From Candidatus Bathyarchaeota archaeon (lineage in GTDB: Archaea > Thermoproteota > Bathyarchaeia > 40CM-2-53-6): DNA of 64,000 nucleotides. Positions 10,139-19,147 of this stretch are shown here, one piece after another (the first letter of the stretch is position 1; every line of letters starts with the position of its first letter). The position numbers were made by a program, and so were the translations under genes. The stretch is from NCBI GenBank assembly GCA_963706285.1, contig CAVPLU010000010.1, positions 96,001 through 160,000 of the forward strand, written 5' to 3'. Under the pieces are notes generated by a model, which saw nothing but the letters and a program-made list of their open reading frames with translations, ran no database searches and had not been told where the DNA came from.

Positions 10139-11098
10139 CTATCTTAATCGTGCCAAGACCTCGGCTGCTTGTCGAACCATGCTTTCAATGACTTCAGCGA
10201 CAGGTTTGATCTCGCGTACGAGTCCTATACTCTGACTGCATGGAAGAATGCCTGCATCTAAATCACCGCCCTCGTACATCCGTCTTGTCGCAGTCCCAGC
10301 AACCACTGAGAGGATCTCACCCAGTTCAGCCTGCTTGGATTCAAGTTCTGCCACTTTGAGGGCAGCCGGGTTCTTCCAAGCGCGAACAGTGTTCCTTAGA
10401 GTGCTCAGGATCGGTTGCGTGTCAAGTTCCGTGGCCGAAGCCAATGCCTTCTTCAAGTTGTCATGGATCGGGCACTCAGTCGTCACCAGTAATCGCGTGC
10501 CGACAGTGACTCCATCGGCACCCAAAGCCAATGCTGCCAGCAGTCCCCTTCCATCAGCTATGCCTCCGGCCGCAATGACTGGAATATCTAATGCATCCAC
10601 AGCGGTCGGTACCAAAATCATCGTCGTTAGTCCGACTTCGCCGATATGCCCTCCTCCTTCCGTGCCGAAAACGGTCACCGCATCCACGCCGGCTTTCTGT
10701 GCGTTGAGTGCGTGTCGAATACTCACGCACTTGTGCATGGTCTTCACCCCGTTGGCTTTGAGTCGTGCAAGCAAGTCTTCCGGCGGGCGATGACCGCTCG
10801 TCTCCACTATTGGAACGTGTTCATCGAGTATGACATCGGCGTAGAGGTTGTTGTCTATGGGTCTCATCGCCGGGAAGAGGCTAAGGTTCACACCAAACGG
10901 CTTGTCGGTTAGCTCCTTCGTCTTCCGAACGGCTTGACGGAACTCATCTTGAGTCTCATACATCGCCGAAGCCATAATGCCTAATGCGCCAGCGTTTGAG
11001 ATGGCTGCTACGAACTCAGGCTTGGAGACATGCATCATGCACCCGCCGATAATCGGGTACTTGGTCCCGAATAGTCTGGTCATACGAGTTTCGAACAT
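10139..11098 (-). CDS. Nitronate monooxygenase / FabK-like FMN enoyl reductase
   Basis: ISNAGALG, KPFGVN, GTEGGGHIG, IPVIAAGGIADGRG. Confidence 0.88.
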   Translation of the reverse strand: MFETRMTRLFGTKYPIIGGCMMHVSKPEFVAAISNAGALGIMASAMYETQDEFRQAVRKTKELTDKPFGVNLSLFPAMRPIDNNLYADVILDEHVPIVETSGHRPPEDLLARLKANGVKTMHKCVSIRHALNAQKAGVDAVTVFGTEGGGHIGEVGLTTMILVPTAVDALDIPVIAAGGIADGRGLLAALALGADGVTVGTRLLVTTECPIHDNLKKALASATELDTQPILSTLRNTVRAWKNPAALKVAELESKQAELGEILSVVAGTATRRMYEGGDLDAGILPCSQSIGLVREIKPVAEVIESMVRQAAEVLARLR

Positions 11099-11131
11099 CT
11101 TCCGCTTCCAGCTGCAAACACGTCTTGATCT

Positions 11132-11147
11132 GCATCAGAACTGATGC
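11132..11147. promoter_or_regulatory. Inverted repeat GCATCAG-AA-CTGATGC, candidate operator upstream of the NMO-like gene
   Basis: Perfect 7-2-7 palindrome 34 bp upstream of the start codon at 11098. Confidence 0.4.
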
Positions 11148-11302
11148 CAAATTCAGGATTTCACACTTCCTATGGTACTCACTGCATGACCTGCCAAATC
11201 TGGTCCGATGGGAAGTTCGGATGTGACTGTGTCAAGTTAGCAAGTCTTTAGAATGGGTATGGCTTCACGTTACTCTAGATCCGAACAACTGAGGAATGGT
11301 CA

Positions 11303-11488
11303 ATGTCGGCAGAAGTACAGGACAATAGTAAGCCGAAATTGTGTTCTTTTCCCGTTTGTGGAGCGAAGGCCGATTGGTCTACAGGTTTCTTCGGGGAAAC
11401 CGAATACTACTGTAACACGCACAAACCGATGATTCCGGAAGGTTTCCTAAAGAAACTGGGAGTTAGGGCAGCTGCCGCCACGCCATAG
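11303..11488 (+). CDS. Small putative zinc-binding protein
   Basis: CSFPVC...YYCNTH (Cx4C...CxxH); GAGGA RBS-like sequence upstream. Confidence 0.55.
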   Translation: MSAEVQDNSKPKLCSFPVCGAKADWSTGFFGETEYYCNTHKPMIPEGFLKKLGVRAAAATP

Positions 11489-11594
11489 GTAGAGTAACCG
11501 CACTCCACGTCTGGAGCGACAGCCGTATCGTGACTTACAGGTCAGATTTGTCTAGACTCGTTGAGGGGTTTGGTTCTTCGGTTCTCACTGATGC

Positions 11595-12905
11595 TTAGGT
11601 TTTCTTTGTTTGTGTTGCAGATGTTGTGTGTGGAGTGGGCTGAGCTGCCGGAGTCGATTTTGTTCCGCGCATTCTACTAACTCCAAGGATAGCCAGTCCT
11701 ATGCCCAGCACAAATGCTCCGGCGATGCCCACCGCTATCGTAGTGTAAAGGACCGTGCTGTCCATTCTCCAAATGGCTCTGACAGTGTGAGGCGAATCCA
11801 TCGTGATTGCGGCGGCTGCGGAAGTTGACTGTGTATCTCCTGTCCATCTATCGAAGACTTGCTTTACGCCGTAGCTCACATCGACCTGTGTTGTAACTGA
11901 GAATGGTGCCGAGGTTCCCGCATCATACCATCCTGTTCCTTGAGCAATTCCATAGTCGGACAATACTGTGAGCATATACTGCGTCTTGTAGTGGGCAACC
12001 ACTGCATGAGGGCTACTCATAGTGACTTGCACTGGATTTCCTGAGACGGGAGCGTTATCAACCGTCCATTGCTGGAAGACGTATCGAGTTCCATCCCCGC
12101 CTGGAATGGATGAGGGCACCGAACCAACACTGGCTGAGTCAGTCGAAACGTACCAGCCCTCACCTGTTGCAGTCGTGATTCCCTGAGGATCTACAGAGAC
12201 CTTGAGATAGTTCTGAAGCTGGTAGTTTGCCACCACACTCTTGGCCGAGTTCATTGTTACTGTCCCGCTAGGTGAACTTCCTGAGAAGTCCCCACTCCAG
12301 CTCGTGAAGACATATCGCTGATTATCATTCTTCTGTACGATGAGCGAGGGAACGCTGAACGAAGCCGCGGTTCCTTGGGTGTAGGTTCCGTTTCCAGTCA
12401 CGCTAGCGATTCCCGAGGGGTTGCTTGAGACTTGAAGTCCGTAGGTTGGTGTAGGTGCTGGTGTAGCAGTTGTCTGGTAGCAGGATGAGTAGTCATACGG
12501 GTAACCATAGTACCCGTAGTATGGGTAGTATCCATAGTAACCGTAGTCATAGTACATGTTGCAGTATGATGAGTTGTATGGGTAGGAGGCGTAGTAGGTG
12601 TAGTAGTAGGGGTAGGAGTAGTAGTAAGGGTAGTAATACTGGTAGTAATTGAGATTCCACGCATCATCCTTGTCATTCATGTTGGGCGACATGCTCGGGA
12701 CATTTGGTGGAGTCACTGAGTTCTGTTCGTCTGACTCGTCCGCTGAGTTCTGGTCGTCTGAAACGGTCGGCGGATTCTGATCTTTCGACTCGGTTACGGA
12801 GAGCGCAGCTGCAGCACTCACGGCCGGGTACAAAGCTAGCAGTATTGTAAGCACCGCGATCAGTCCAACAGATCTGACCACAAGAGTTCTACTCAATTTT
12901 TTCAA
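11595..12905 (-). CDS. Secreted, C-terminally anchored surface protein with Tyr-rich tract and InlB-B-like beta repeats
   Basis: N-terminal signal peptide, three repeats (G.GWY..G...RYVF..W.GD...TM.SP..V.A.Y), C-terminal TM helix. Confidence 0.8.
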   Translation of the reverse strand: MKKLSRTLVVRSVGLIAVLTILLALYPAVSAAAALSVTESKDQNPPTVSDDQNSADESDEQNSVTPPNVPSMSPNMNDKDDAWNLNYYQYYYPYYYSYPYYYTYYASYPYNSSYCNMYYDYGYYGYYPYYGYYGYPYDYSSCYQTTATPAPTPTYGLQVSSNPSGIASVTGNGTYTQGTAASFSVPSLIVQKNDNQRYVFTSWSGDFSGSSPSGTVTMNSAKSVVANYQLQNYLKVSVDPQGITTATGEGWYVSTDSASVGSVPSSIPGGDGTRYVFQQWTVDNAPVSGNPVQVTMSSPHAVVAHYKTQYMLTVLSDYGIAQGTGWYDAGTSAPFSVTTQVDVSYGVKQVFDRWTGDTQSTSAAAAITMDSPHTVRAIWRMDSTVLYTTIAVGIAGAFVLGIGLAILGVSRMRGTKSTPAAQPTPHTTSATQTKKT

Positions 12906-13028
12906 CCGTCTAAGTGTGACCAGTGGACAATATTACAACGTTATGCGAGTCGAATGTAACGAGAAGCATGCGTGTAGGTTTCGCATTGTTCGATATCCTG
13001 CGCAATCCTTTGCGGTTAGATGATTAGT

Positions 13029-13790
13029 TTACATCTTGAGGTTCCATTCGTCTGTACCATACTTCTCTCTCACTAGGGCAGAGACCATGCCCGACTCCTC
13101 TTCCGTTACAGTGCCCTGAACCAAATGTGCTCTGAAGGTTCTTGTGAATGCGTCCTTCAGAGCTTCTTGGACCTCCTCGACTGAGGTCTCTTTGCCCAAT
13201 TCCGCTTTCACGGAGGTTACTGGAAGACGCGTGCTTTGAACGAATCTACGCGGTGTCGGAGGCTGTGCCCATCGCAGGATCCTCCACATCGTCTCAAGGT
13301 GCGTACTAACCAAAATGGAGCCATGATAAAATGTCGAGCCCCAACGAATTGCGCCTGCCCCTCCTGAGATCTTCTTTCCTTGAACAACTATTGTGTTGAT
13401 GGGAATTCGGTTCGATTCTATGCCTAAGATCTCAAGGCATGCGATCGTGCAGTCGAGGCTCAATTTGAATATGCTCTGGTGGAGGTCTGTGCTTGATAGT
13501 GGGAGCTTTCGAGTACAGATCGAGTAGTTGAGATTTCCAAGGTCATGATAGACCGCTCCGCCTCCGGTGAAACGTCTCACAACTTCGACGCCTAATTCCT
13601 TGCAAGCTTCGAGTTGCAGCTCCGCCGCAGCCGATTGGTTCTCACCGATGACCGCAGCATTACGATTTCTCCACAAACGAAGGGTTGGAGGTGACTTCCC
13701 TTCCCCAACACTTCTGGCTATGGATTCTTCAAGGGCAAGGTTCGAAGGGGCATCGGGATATTCTAGGTCGAGAAGTCGCCAGTCGCCCAT
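13029..13790 (-). CDS. lplA: Lipoate-protein ligase A family
   Basis: VVRRFTGGGAVYHDLGNLNYS, KKISG, HGSIL. Confidence 0.9.
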   Translation of the reverse strand: MGDWRLLDLEYPDAPSNLALEESIARSVGEGKSPPTLRLWRNRNAAVIGENQSAAAELQLEACKELGVEVVRRFTGGGAVYHDLGNLNYSICTRKLPLSSTDLHQSIFKLSLDCTIACLEILGIESNRIPINTIVVQGKKISGGAGAIRWGSTFYHGSILVSTHLETMWRILRWAQPPTPRRFVQSTRLPVTSVKAELGKETSVEEVQEALKDAFTRTFRAHLVQGTVTEEESGMVSALVREKYGTDEWNLKM

Positions 13791-13841
13791 TTCGGATTCA
13801 CTTCCCGCAAGCCGAATGCGCGAGGAAGTCTTAGTAAACGT

Positions 13842-14627
13842 CTACGACTTGCCTGCAAATTCGGTCCGCAACTTGTCTATCCTCTCAGGTAGGAAAGCAT
13901 GGAGTTTGAAGTTGCTGATGTGACGACCGATCAGTGCGATTATCCCAGGGGCCTCCGTTCCAAGCTTGCAAACGAGAGAGCTGGCTGTGAAGGACAGCTC
14001 TTCGATCTCTATGATGTCTCTCTCGATTCTTGAGAGTCGAATGGCCTCACGAAGTTCTTCTTGAGATCCGCCGACTGCTATGATTCTGTGAAATCTCTCA
14101 CGCCTCCATTGTTCGAATCGAGTGATCTGGTCGTCAGAGATCCATGCCTCGATGTGTCTGCGCCCAGGATTGAGTGACGTAATCCTGACCAGTATTGGAA
14201 CACCTTCATCGAGACAATAGGACTGCGCCGCTCTCTCCACAGGAGTGTCTATGCCGTCGCAAAGTTGAGCTATCAAAGCGTCCCGTGCAACTTCGCATTT
14301 GACACCTGTCGGGATTGGACCGATCTCCACTTCGACGCTCTGTCGCTGCTTGTTGATCCCACTCACGAAAGCCTTGAGGTTGTCGTTGACTTCGATCTCT
14401 GATAGGTCTCGCGGGGCCAGCCGCATCTTTCTCTTAATCAGCTCGATAAGGAACTCAGAGTCCGCGCCTTGGACCTCTGCGCTAACAAAGTTGTCTTTGG
14501 TCACCCCAAGTTGGACTGAAACGTCGAGACTCGAGGAGAGCCTGTCGATTCTCGTCTTGAAGAGAGGCATTAGCTTCTTCTGGGCATCGTATGGAATCCT
14601 TTCAGCTATCACCAGTTTGGCGTTCAT
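13842..14627 (-). CDS. DUF2110-like archaeal protein
   Basis: RDIIEIEELSF...LVCKLGTEAPGIIALIG; conserved position next to tfe. Confidence 0.7.
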   Translation of the reverse strand: MNAKLVIAERIPYDAQKKLMPLFKTRIDRLSSSLDVSVQLGVTKDNFVSAEVQGADSEFLIELIKRKMRLAPRDLSEIEVNDNLKAFVSGINKQRQSVEVEIGPIPTGVKCEVARDALIAQLCDGIDTPVERAAQSYCLDEGVPILVRITSLNPGRRHIEAWISDDQITRFEQWRRERFHRIIAVGGSQEELREAIRLSRIERDIIEIEELSFTASSLVCKLGTEAPGIIALIGRHISNFKLHAFLPERIDKLRTEFAGKS

Positions 14628-14676
14628 GATAATCGTGCCTTCGAATGTGGCACGGAGGCAGCTCGTGCCTGCTGCG

Positions 14677-15231
14677 TCACTGTCTCAGCTCGTCTTCAAT
14701 CTGCTTGATACGTTTCTCTAGGAACTCGACAACGGAGGCATTATCGGCGCTCTGTAGTTGGCCACCACATTTCGAACATCTAAAGGAGGATTCCATTGCT
14801 TCCTCGAATGTCACGCGGACATCCCCGCAGGTGTTGCAGATGAAGAAACTGTGGTTTCTCTCGTAGTCGAGCTTCTGCTTCAGTTTCTCAAATGCGCGTC
14901 TCTTTCTGCTCCGGATGAACGCGTCCAGTTGGTCCGTTTGCAGTTTCCAGTAGAAGATGAACCAGCCGGTTTTCTCATCTCGGACTCTGGTGCAGGAAAC
15001 CAAGCCGTGATCGTAGAATTTGTAGAGGATCTTCCTTACTGTGTTCAGCCTCACGGTGGACTCGTTTGCGAGCATCTCGTCTGTGGCTTCGCTCTTCTTT
15101 TTGAGTAGATTTATGACCGTTACTGCTTCGTCGCCGCCGAAAAGGCGAGCGACCTTCATCAGCTCTTCATCCAAGACTGCCATGTCAGAGCCCCAAACAT
15201 CGCGAATACCTACTCTTTGGTGCCGTTCCAT
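14677..15231 (-). CDS. tfe: Transcription factor E alpha (start probably 15183)
   Basis: wHTH TDEMLA...VRKILYK...RDEKTGWFIFYW and Zn ribbon CNTC...FEEAMESSFRCSKCG. Confidence 0.93.
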   Translation of the reverse strand: MERHQRVGIRDVWGSDMAVLDEELMKVARLFGGDEAVTVINLLKKKSEATDEMLANESTVRLNTVRKILYKFYDHGLVSCTRVRDEKTGWFIFYWKLQTDQLDAFIRSRKRRAFEKLKQKLDYERNHSFFICNTCGDVRVTFEEAMESSFRCSKCGGQLQSADNASVVEFLEKRIKQIEDELRQ

Positions 15232-15870
15232 TTAATCTTCTTCCAAAAGCTGAGGTATCTAGCAACTGTGGGAACCTTTTCAGCCTCGACGCCTCACCGT
15301 ACCCTAGGTAGGCATCATCCTTTGGCCGAGCAGATTGTGGTTCTTCGCATGGGGCACAGGATCCCACGCGATCTTAGGGTTACCACACATGTGTGTCTCA
15401 CAGCTAGAGCCCTGGGAGCAAACGGGCTCATCCTAGCCGACGTGGTTGACACGACTCTTGAGAAGACGATTCTGGATGTCTGTCAGCGATTTGGCGGCGT
15501 TTTCCGAATTCGAATGGGCGAACCCTGGAGACACGCTGTGAAGGAATGGAAATCAACAGGCGGAGAGGTTGTCCACCTTACCGCATATGGAATGCCATTG
15601 ACAGAAACCATCGAAGTCATCAGAGCCTCGCCTTGTCCCAAGCTTGTGGTCGTCGGTGCATCAAAGGTTCCAGGGGAGGTGTTTGGAGAGGCGACTTGGA
15701 ACGTGGCGGTAACTAATCAACCCATAAGCGAAGTAAGCGCTCTCGCCATATTCCTTGACAGGTACTTCGAAGGCAAAGAGTTCTCCATGGAATTCAAGAA
15801 TGCAGAGTTGAAGATCGTTCCCTCAGCGCGGGGAAAGAACGTGTTGAACCTCGCCAAACCTGATAACTAG
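15217..15870 (+). CDS. trm56: tRNA (cytidine56-2'-O)-methyltransferase aTrm56 (start probably ~15321)
   Basis: VLRMGHRIPRDLRVTTHVCLTARALGA, VHLTAYG, NVAVTNQP.SEV. Confidence 0.92.
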   Translation: MVPFHLIFFQKLRYLATVGTFSASTPHRTLGRHHPLAEQIVVLRMGHRIPRDLRVTTHVCLTARALGANGLILADVVDTTLEKTILDVCQRFGGVFRIRMGEPWRHAVKEWKSTGGEVVHLTAYGMPLTETIEVIRASPCPKLVVVGASKVPGEVFGEATWNVAVTNQPISEVSALAIFLDRYFEGKEFSMEFKNAELKIVPSARGKNVLNLAKPDN

Positions 15871-15877
15871 CTCAGTC

Positions 15878-16424
15878 TCATGCTTGCAGTTTCGGCGTGC
15901 CTTTTCCTTCTTTCTTCCTAATCTTGGCGACATCGGCAAGTGTGACTTCCTTAATCGTTCCAGGCGCAGGCTTCGGGACAGGCGGTTCACTCGTCAGTAC
16001 CAGCAACCTTACTCGCAGAACGTGCTCGAGCGATCTTATGAGTCGCACGTTGGGCTCAATCTTGCCGAGTTCTATCTTCTGAATGATAGATAGGTGCTCC
16101 TTCACCTTCATAGCCAAATCTTCTTGGCTCAATTCCAGCTTTCTCCTGGCTTTCTGTATGATCTGCGGATAGTTCTCAGCGAGATCGAGTTCCTGAACTT
16201 CTCTTGGAGCTCGCCTGCCAGCAAATTTCGAAGGAACCGAGCTAAGCCTTGTACTGGACACGTGTGCTCGCAACGGGAATGGGAGTCCCCAAGGGGATGG
16301 GCTTCGCTTCCTGGTACGGTGTTCCTAGACTCGCACAGTCTCCGCAAGTGGTCATTTCTGCGCCTTCGACGACCACACGATTTGGTCTTCCATGAATTTG
16401 GCGCCCGCATATGTCACAGTTCAA
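15878..16424 (-). CDS. mbf1: Multiprotein bridging factor MBF1 (split by one frameshift near 16260)
   Basis: Zn ribbon CDICG...VEGAEMTTCGDC in one frame; HTH ARRKLELSQEDLA...KIELGK in the other. Confidence 0.88.
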
Positions 16425-16501
16425 AATGCGCCCCGGCCGCGCAGAATGAGTCATGTCCACGCTTAAATGGTTTGACCGTTCTAGTCGAACCGTGTCATTT
16501 G

Positions 16502-16986
16502 ATGCTGAAAGCGACTTGGCGGGATCTCAGGAAACTCAGAGGTATCGCAAACTATCAATTTGGAAGCCATCTAGGCAATGTGCTCTTCAAGGGACCCATA
16601 GAGATTACTAGATCACGCAAGACCAACAAGATACGCCTGATATTTCGCGACGGTAGACTCATCTCAACTTTGCGAGCGAAGGACGGGTTTCTAGCGCTCA
16701 CACCCGACGGGGCGGAAGTAGTCCTAGCCTCAATGAAAAAGCCGCCAAGAGTTGTCATCGTTCGCAGCGATGTGGCCGAATTCATCAAGGCAGGCAGGAA
16801 CGTATTCGCGAAACACGTGATGGCCGCAGATTCATCCATTAGGCCCCAAGACGAGGCTATAGTTGTAGATGAGAAACGGCATCTCCTGGCCGTGGGACGT
16901 GCCGCACTTGGCTGGGTGGGAGATGACTCAGTTCAAGAGAGGAACCGCCGTTAGAACTAGGCGAGGCACCGGAACAGGTGCAATAG
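16502..16986 (+). CDS. PUA-domain RNA-binding protein (TGT C-terminal-like); frameshift near 3' end
   Basis: LRGIANYQFG, SRKTNKIR, LRAKDGFLALT, GRNVFAKHV...IRPQDE...LLAVGRA. Confidence 0.82.
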
Positions 16987-17033
16987 ATTTATCCCATCAA
17001 CACTCCTGACCAATTTCATCGGTTGATTCAGCA

Positions 17034-17417
17034 ATGGCATACAAAGCGTACAAGGCTGTGAAGGGGGCGCCTCAGGGTAGAGACGCGAAACGAATGATGC
17101 AGAAGATGGGCATGAAGGTAGATGAGATTCAGGGTGTCACTGAGGTGTTGATACGTACCGCTACTCGTGAGATCGTGATAGAAGAGCCCGCTGTCACATC
17201 AGTTGTTGTTCAAGGGCAAAAGATGTATCAGATTACCGGTGGAACCACACATGAGAGGACCCCATCCACTGAAGTCGCCCCTGCGGAGGTTCCCGAAGAG
17301 GATGTGAAACTCGTAGCGGAACAAACCGGAAAGACATTGGATGAGGCTCGAGCAGCACTGAAAGAGGCTGGCGGCGACTTGGCGGTGGCAATCCTTAAGC
17401 TCAAAAATCAAACTTAG
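17034..17417 (+). CDS. nac: Nascent polypeptide-associated complex protein
   Basis: RMMQKMGMKV NAC domain plus UBA EEDVKLVAEQTG...GDLAVAI. Confidence 0.93.
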   Translation: MAYKAYKAVKGAPQGRDAKRMMQKMGMKVDEIQGVTEVLIRTATREIVIEEPAVTSVVVQGQKMYQITGGTTHERTPSTEVAPAEVPEEDVKLVAEQTGKTLDEARAALKEAGGDLAVAILKLKNQT

Positions 17418-17425
17418 AATCGTTG

Positions 17426-17581
17426 TTGGCTGGGTGACGAACTAAGAGGATTCGGTAGCAGGCTTCTCACACGAGGCGGGGAAGAGAGGGTCCCCCCTAC
17501 AGGATAATGACCCCTCGTTACCAATGCAGACAGGCACTTTCGCATTCTGAAGAAACCTAGTGACATAAGGTTGTCAGCCGA
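17426..17581 (+). ncRNA. Candidate structured non-coding RNA, family not recognised
   Basis: Nested helices TTGGCTGG/TCAGCCGA, GGTAGC/GTTACC, CTTCTC/GGGAAG, GAGGGTC/GACCCCTC, AATGC/GCATT, AACCT/AGGTT; G-U pairs favour the + strand; box C-like GTGACGA and D-like CTGA. Confidence 0.5.
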
Positions 17582-17583
17582 AG

Positions 17584-18996
17584 CTACCGCGACGATCCCT
17601 CACTGAAGTGTGTCACGGTGTCGGCGAGGCTCGATAGGAAGCTGCCTACTTCCTCAACGGTATTGAAGTGCGTAGGGCTGGCACGAACCGCGATGGATCT
17701 GCCGTATGTCTTGAGGGTCCTCGAATAGAAGCCTCCGCCGTCTTCCGCCAGAACAGCAACCGCATGCTTGTTCCAAAGGTATTCAGCCACCGCGAAAGGA
17801 TCCGCATCATTGATGTTGAAGGTAAACGTGGGAACTCGCAAGTCCACTTCAGTTGGATCACTCACTCCATAGAGCTCCATTCCCTTAATCGATCGTACGC
17901 CCTCAACCTGCCCTCGCCCAGTCAGCATGCATTTCGAAAGCGTTCGTTCATAGTTCTCAATCCAAGACATGGCGGCCTTGAGAAGCCGTGCTCTTCCATC
18001 GTATCCGGAAAGCTCATCGCTGACTTCCGTCTCTACCTGGTTGCCCAACCAGCTGAGATAATCCATTACAGCCGTAATGGAAGCGAAGAGCGCCTGGTCG
18101 CGCGTACCAAGTTCCCACTTCTCAGGCCCATGGTCGGGCGCGGGAACCACCTTGTAGGGTTTCAGAGTTTCCAGTAATTCTTCCCGACCAAACATGAAAC
18201 TTCCGCGTCGAGCGAACAACTTGTAAGCTGAAAATACAGCGAAATCGAAATCCAACTGCTGCACATCGATCGGAACATGAGCTACCGTGTGCACTGCATC
18301 GAGAATAGTGTAGGCACCCGCCCTCTTCCCAATCTCAAGTACTTGCTTCAGCGGGGTTTTCGAGCCTAGTACATTCGAGACTCCTGTAACAGTGACGATC
18401 CGTGTCTTCTCATCGACCAGGCGCTCGAAATGGGATAGATCCAGTAGCCCGTTTTCGGGATTGAATTTTGCGAATCTGACCTCTTTGACAACACCTCTAC
18501 GTTGAAGCTCCAACCAGGGGCTGACGTTGGCATAGTGCTCATACTCAGTAGTCACAATGTTCTCGTCTCCAGACATCTCCCTTCCAAGGGCATAACTGAG
18601 ATGAAACAGCAAGCTTGTAGCGGACTCACCGGACACGATGCAATTCTCTGAAGGCGCGTTTAGGAAATCCCTAACAGATTTCCTACCTTCGCGAATAACC
18701 TCTTCGTTCCTCTTTGACTCCCATGATGGACCACCTGTATTCGCTGAGCAGTCCAAACGAGCTCTCGCCTCGGCGTCTGCCACTCGTTGCAGAACCAGTG
18801 ATCCCGCTGCATTTTCGAAGAAGATCCTCCGCCTTCCACTCGCGTCGGCTCCAGCGCGAGGGAACTCTTTCCTGATTGCGGAAAGAAGTTCACTGACGGC
18901 ACTATCTTGCAGGGGTGAGTTGTTGCTTTTCACGGTCGATTGCCTACCCACAGATCCATCGTAACCTCTAGAAATCTTTGACGATGACGTAGTCAT
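17584..18996 (-). CDS. Class V PLP aminotransferase / cysteine desulfurase-like protein
   Basis: FFENAAGS, EHYANVSPW, LDAVH, FSAYKLF (PLP Lys), ELGT. Confidence 0.85.
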   Translation of the reverse strand: MTTSSSKISRGYDGSVGRQSTVKSNNSPLQDSAVSELLSAIRKEFPRAGADASGRRRIFFENAAGSLVLQRVADAEARARLDCSANTGGPSWESKRNEEVIREGRKSVRDFLNAPSENCIVSGESATSLLFHLSYALGREMSGDENIVTTEYEHYANVSPWLELQRRGVVKEVRFAKFNPENGLLDLSHFERLVDEKTRIVTVTGVSNVLGSKTPLKQVLEIGKRAGAYTILDAVHTVAHVPIDVQQLDFDFAVFSAYKLFARRGSFMFGREELLETLKPYKVVPAPDHGPEKWELGTRDQALFASITAVMDYLSWLGNQVETEVSDELSGYDGRARLLKAAMSWIENYERTLSKCMLTGRGQVEGVRSIKGMELYGVSDPTEVDLRVPTFTFNINDADPFAVAEYLWNKHAVAVLAEDGGGFYSRTLKTYGRSIAVRASPTHFNTVEEVGSFLSSLADTVTHFSEGSSR

Positions 18997-19147
18997 CGTA
19001 ATGGCACACTCTCACGAGATGCCGGACTTCCGTCTCTCAGAATCGGCGTCCTGACTTTGAAGAATCGGCATGAATGAAGCGAACATGGCTATGAGTAGAC
19101 CAACCGGAATGGTCTCGGTAGTCTTGGAACTACGCCGAGAGAGACTG

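Noticed and set aside
12398-12676. Thr-rich and Ser-rich ORFs
   Set aside because: Alternative-frame shadows of the TAC-rich tyrosine tract.
16094-16501. Long N-terminal extension of the PUA ORF
   Set aside because: It overlaps mbf1 on the opposite strand; family similarity begins near 16502.
17537-17550. CTTTCGCATT-CTGA as a C/D guide for the tRNA-Pro intron (AATGCGAGAG, 58711-58720)
   Set aside because: A 10-bp match with one wobble is plausible by chance, the D+5 target would lie inside the intron, and the segment pairs locally with AATGC.
17426-17581. Hammerhead ribozyme, RNase P or SRP RNA
   Set aside because: CTGAAGA is present, but the GAAA and NUH core is not correctly placed; RNase P and SRP signatures and lengths are absent.
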